From Hypanus sabinus (lineage: Eukaryota), in NCBI RefSeq assembly GCF_030144855.1, contig NW_026779142.1, forward strand, positions 62,001 to 126,000: 64,000 nt of DNA. The letters run 5' to 3'. Positions 62,651 to 64,000 of the stretch are shown piece by piece. The number at the start of each line of letters is the position of its first letter. Position 1 is the first letter of the stretch. The notes beneath the pieces are model-generated. The model searched no databases, was not told the origin of the DNA, and saw nothing but the letters and a program-made list of their open reading frames with translations. The position numbers and the translations under genes are program-made.

Positions 62651-62689
62651 ATACCAATTTGTAATTCCTCGGATCGCCTCCCAGTCAGA

Positions 62690-63410
62690 TCAAATCTCTC
62701 TGTCAATCAATCAATCGAACCCGATGCACTCGAAACAAGACCTCCTAATTTCGTGTCGTCACTAAACTTACTAATTGAGCCATTTACACTCACATCCGTG
62801 TGATTCAGATAAAGAAGGAATGACAGAGATCCCAACTGATCCTGTGGCATCCCACTGGTTGGAGGCTTCTTGTCGGAGAATGCACCTCAGTCATCGCCCC
62901 CTATCACTGAGCCAATTCTGAGTCAAACTCTCTCATTGCCATGAATCTCAGAATGTCTAAACTTTCGGAACAGTCTACCGTGCGGGAGTTTGTCAATGAC
63001 CTTATTCAACTTCACCGAGTTAACTTCATACCTCGCCTTCGTTACCAATACCAAAATAAAAACAAACTACAAAAGATTCGAATCAGATTCAGACCCACAA
63101 GAACAATCATGATAATTATTATAAATGATTATGACCTCATCCAGGTCATTAAAAAAAAATCAAAAAGAGCAGGATTCTCTGCTCCGTTTCTTGAACAAGG
63201 GAACAACACCCTCAACCCATCAATCCTTCCGGAACCTCTCCTCATTGATAATGCAAAGATCGTCGCCGGAGGCTCAGCAATCTCCTCCCCATCGCCGCCC
63301 AGAGTCGACGAGACTGCATCCCGTCTGGTCACGGCAACTTATCCAGCTTGATGCTTTCCAAAAGCTCCAGCACATCCTCTTCCTGAATATCTACACGCTT
63401 CATGTGTAGT
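62690..63410 (-). mobile_element. Old CR1 ORF2 fragments
   Basis: VDIQEEDVLELLESIKLDK and VVPLFKK-type motifs; SKFSDDT near 62750-62770. Confidence 0.7.
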
Positions 63411-63669
63411 GGAGTAAACGATGGAAGTGGGTAATGCTGGCGGTGCATTGCCGAGCCTTATGAGAATCTGCTTTATTATCCTCACTTAAATCGTGCAAAT
63501 GAGTTGTGCATTTGTTTTAGATGTTCCGGGAAATCTACGTCTCTCAGCCCAGATCTTGCGGCGTCTAGATCAGTGTCAAATGAGATTTCATTTTTCTTGG
63601 AAACCGGTTCCTGAATTACAGTGGTATGTTAACGGCTCACATTTTATTAACAAAACGAACAACGGGACA

Positions 63670-64000
63670 ATTTGTTTTATGGGAAGGATGTAATAGAGAA
63701 ATGGCCGTCATTTAAAGGTGAAATTTTGAGGGTACAGAATCTTTATGAACCTGTTAGGTTGAAAGGAGCGGTTAAACGTTTGAGAGAGACATGGTTTTCA
63801 AGGGATATTGGAAACGTGGTTAGGAAAAATAGAGATATCTACAATAAATATAAGCAGCATGGAGTAAATGAGGTGCTCGAGGGATATAAAGAATGTAAGA
63901 AGAATCTTCAGAAAGAAATTAGGAAAGCTAAAAAAGGTGCGAGGTTGCTATCCAAGTAAGGGGAAAATAAATCCGAAGGGTTTCTACAGTTATATTAATA
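63670..64000 (+). mobile_element. CR1 ORF2 fragment running off the window
   Basis: FYGKDVIEKWPSFKGEILRVQNLY...KKNLQKEIRKAK, same family as the 49111-51960 copy. Confidence 0.9.

Overview
Eukaryotic, repeat-rich vertebrate genomic DNA. CR1/HER1-type LINEs, an HE1/V-SINE-like element and Penelope-derived fold-backs point to a cartilaginous fish, probably a ray or skate (inference). Most of the window is decayed transposons (CR1, L1-clade, Rex1/Babar-like, Penelope, Gypsy/Gmr1-type LTR elements) and TE-seeded tandem repeats. There are two N gaps. Two spliced host genes are broken up or missed by the ORF track. (1) An intact three-exon, 99-aa stefin/type-1-cystatin-like gene on + (12356-12418, 14066-14176, 15925-16050), with TATA and GC boxes, a branch point and AATAAA. 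All three canonical papain-binding elements are altered (no N-terminal Gly, QxVxG replaced by QDQTIMLG, second loop changed). This is the strongest candidate for something new. (2) A CEACAM-like Ig gene on - with tandemly duplicated leader exons, an intact cysteine-free IgV N exon, one intact IgC2 exon and broken B-type exons. It is either a secreted ~238-aa form or a young pseudogene. Inverted Ig pseudo-exons lie nearby. Family assignments come from remembered motifs, not database searches.
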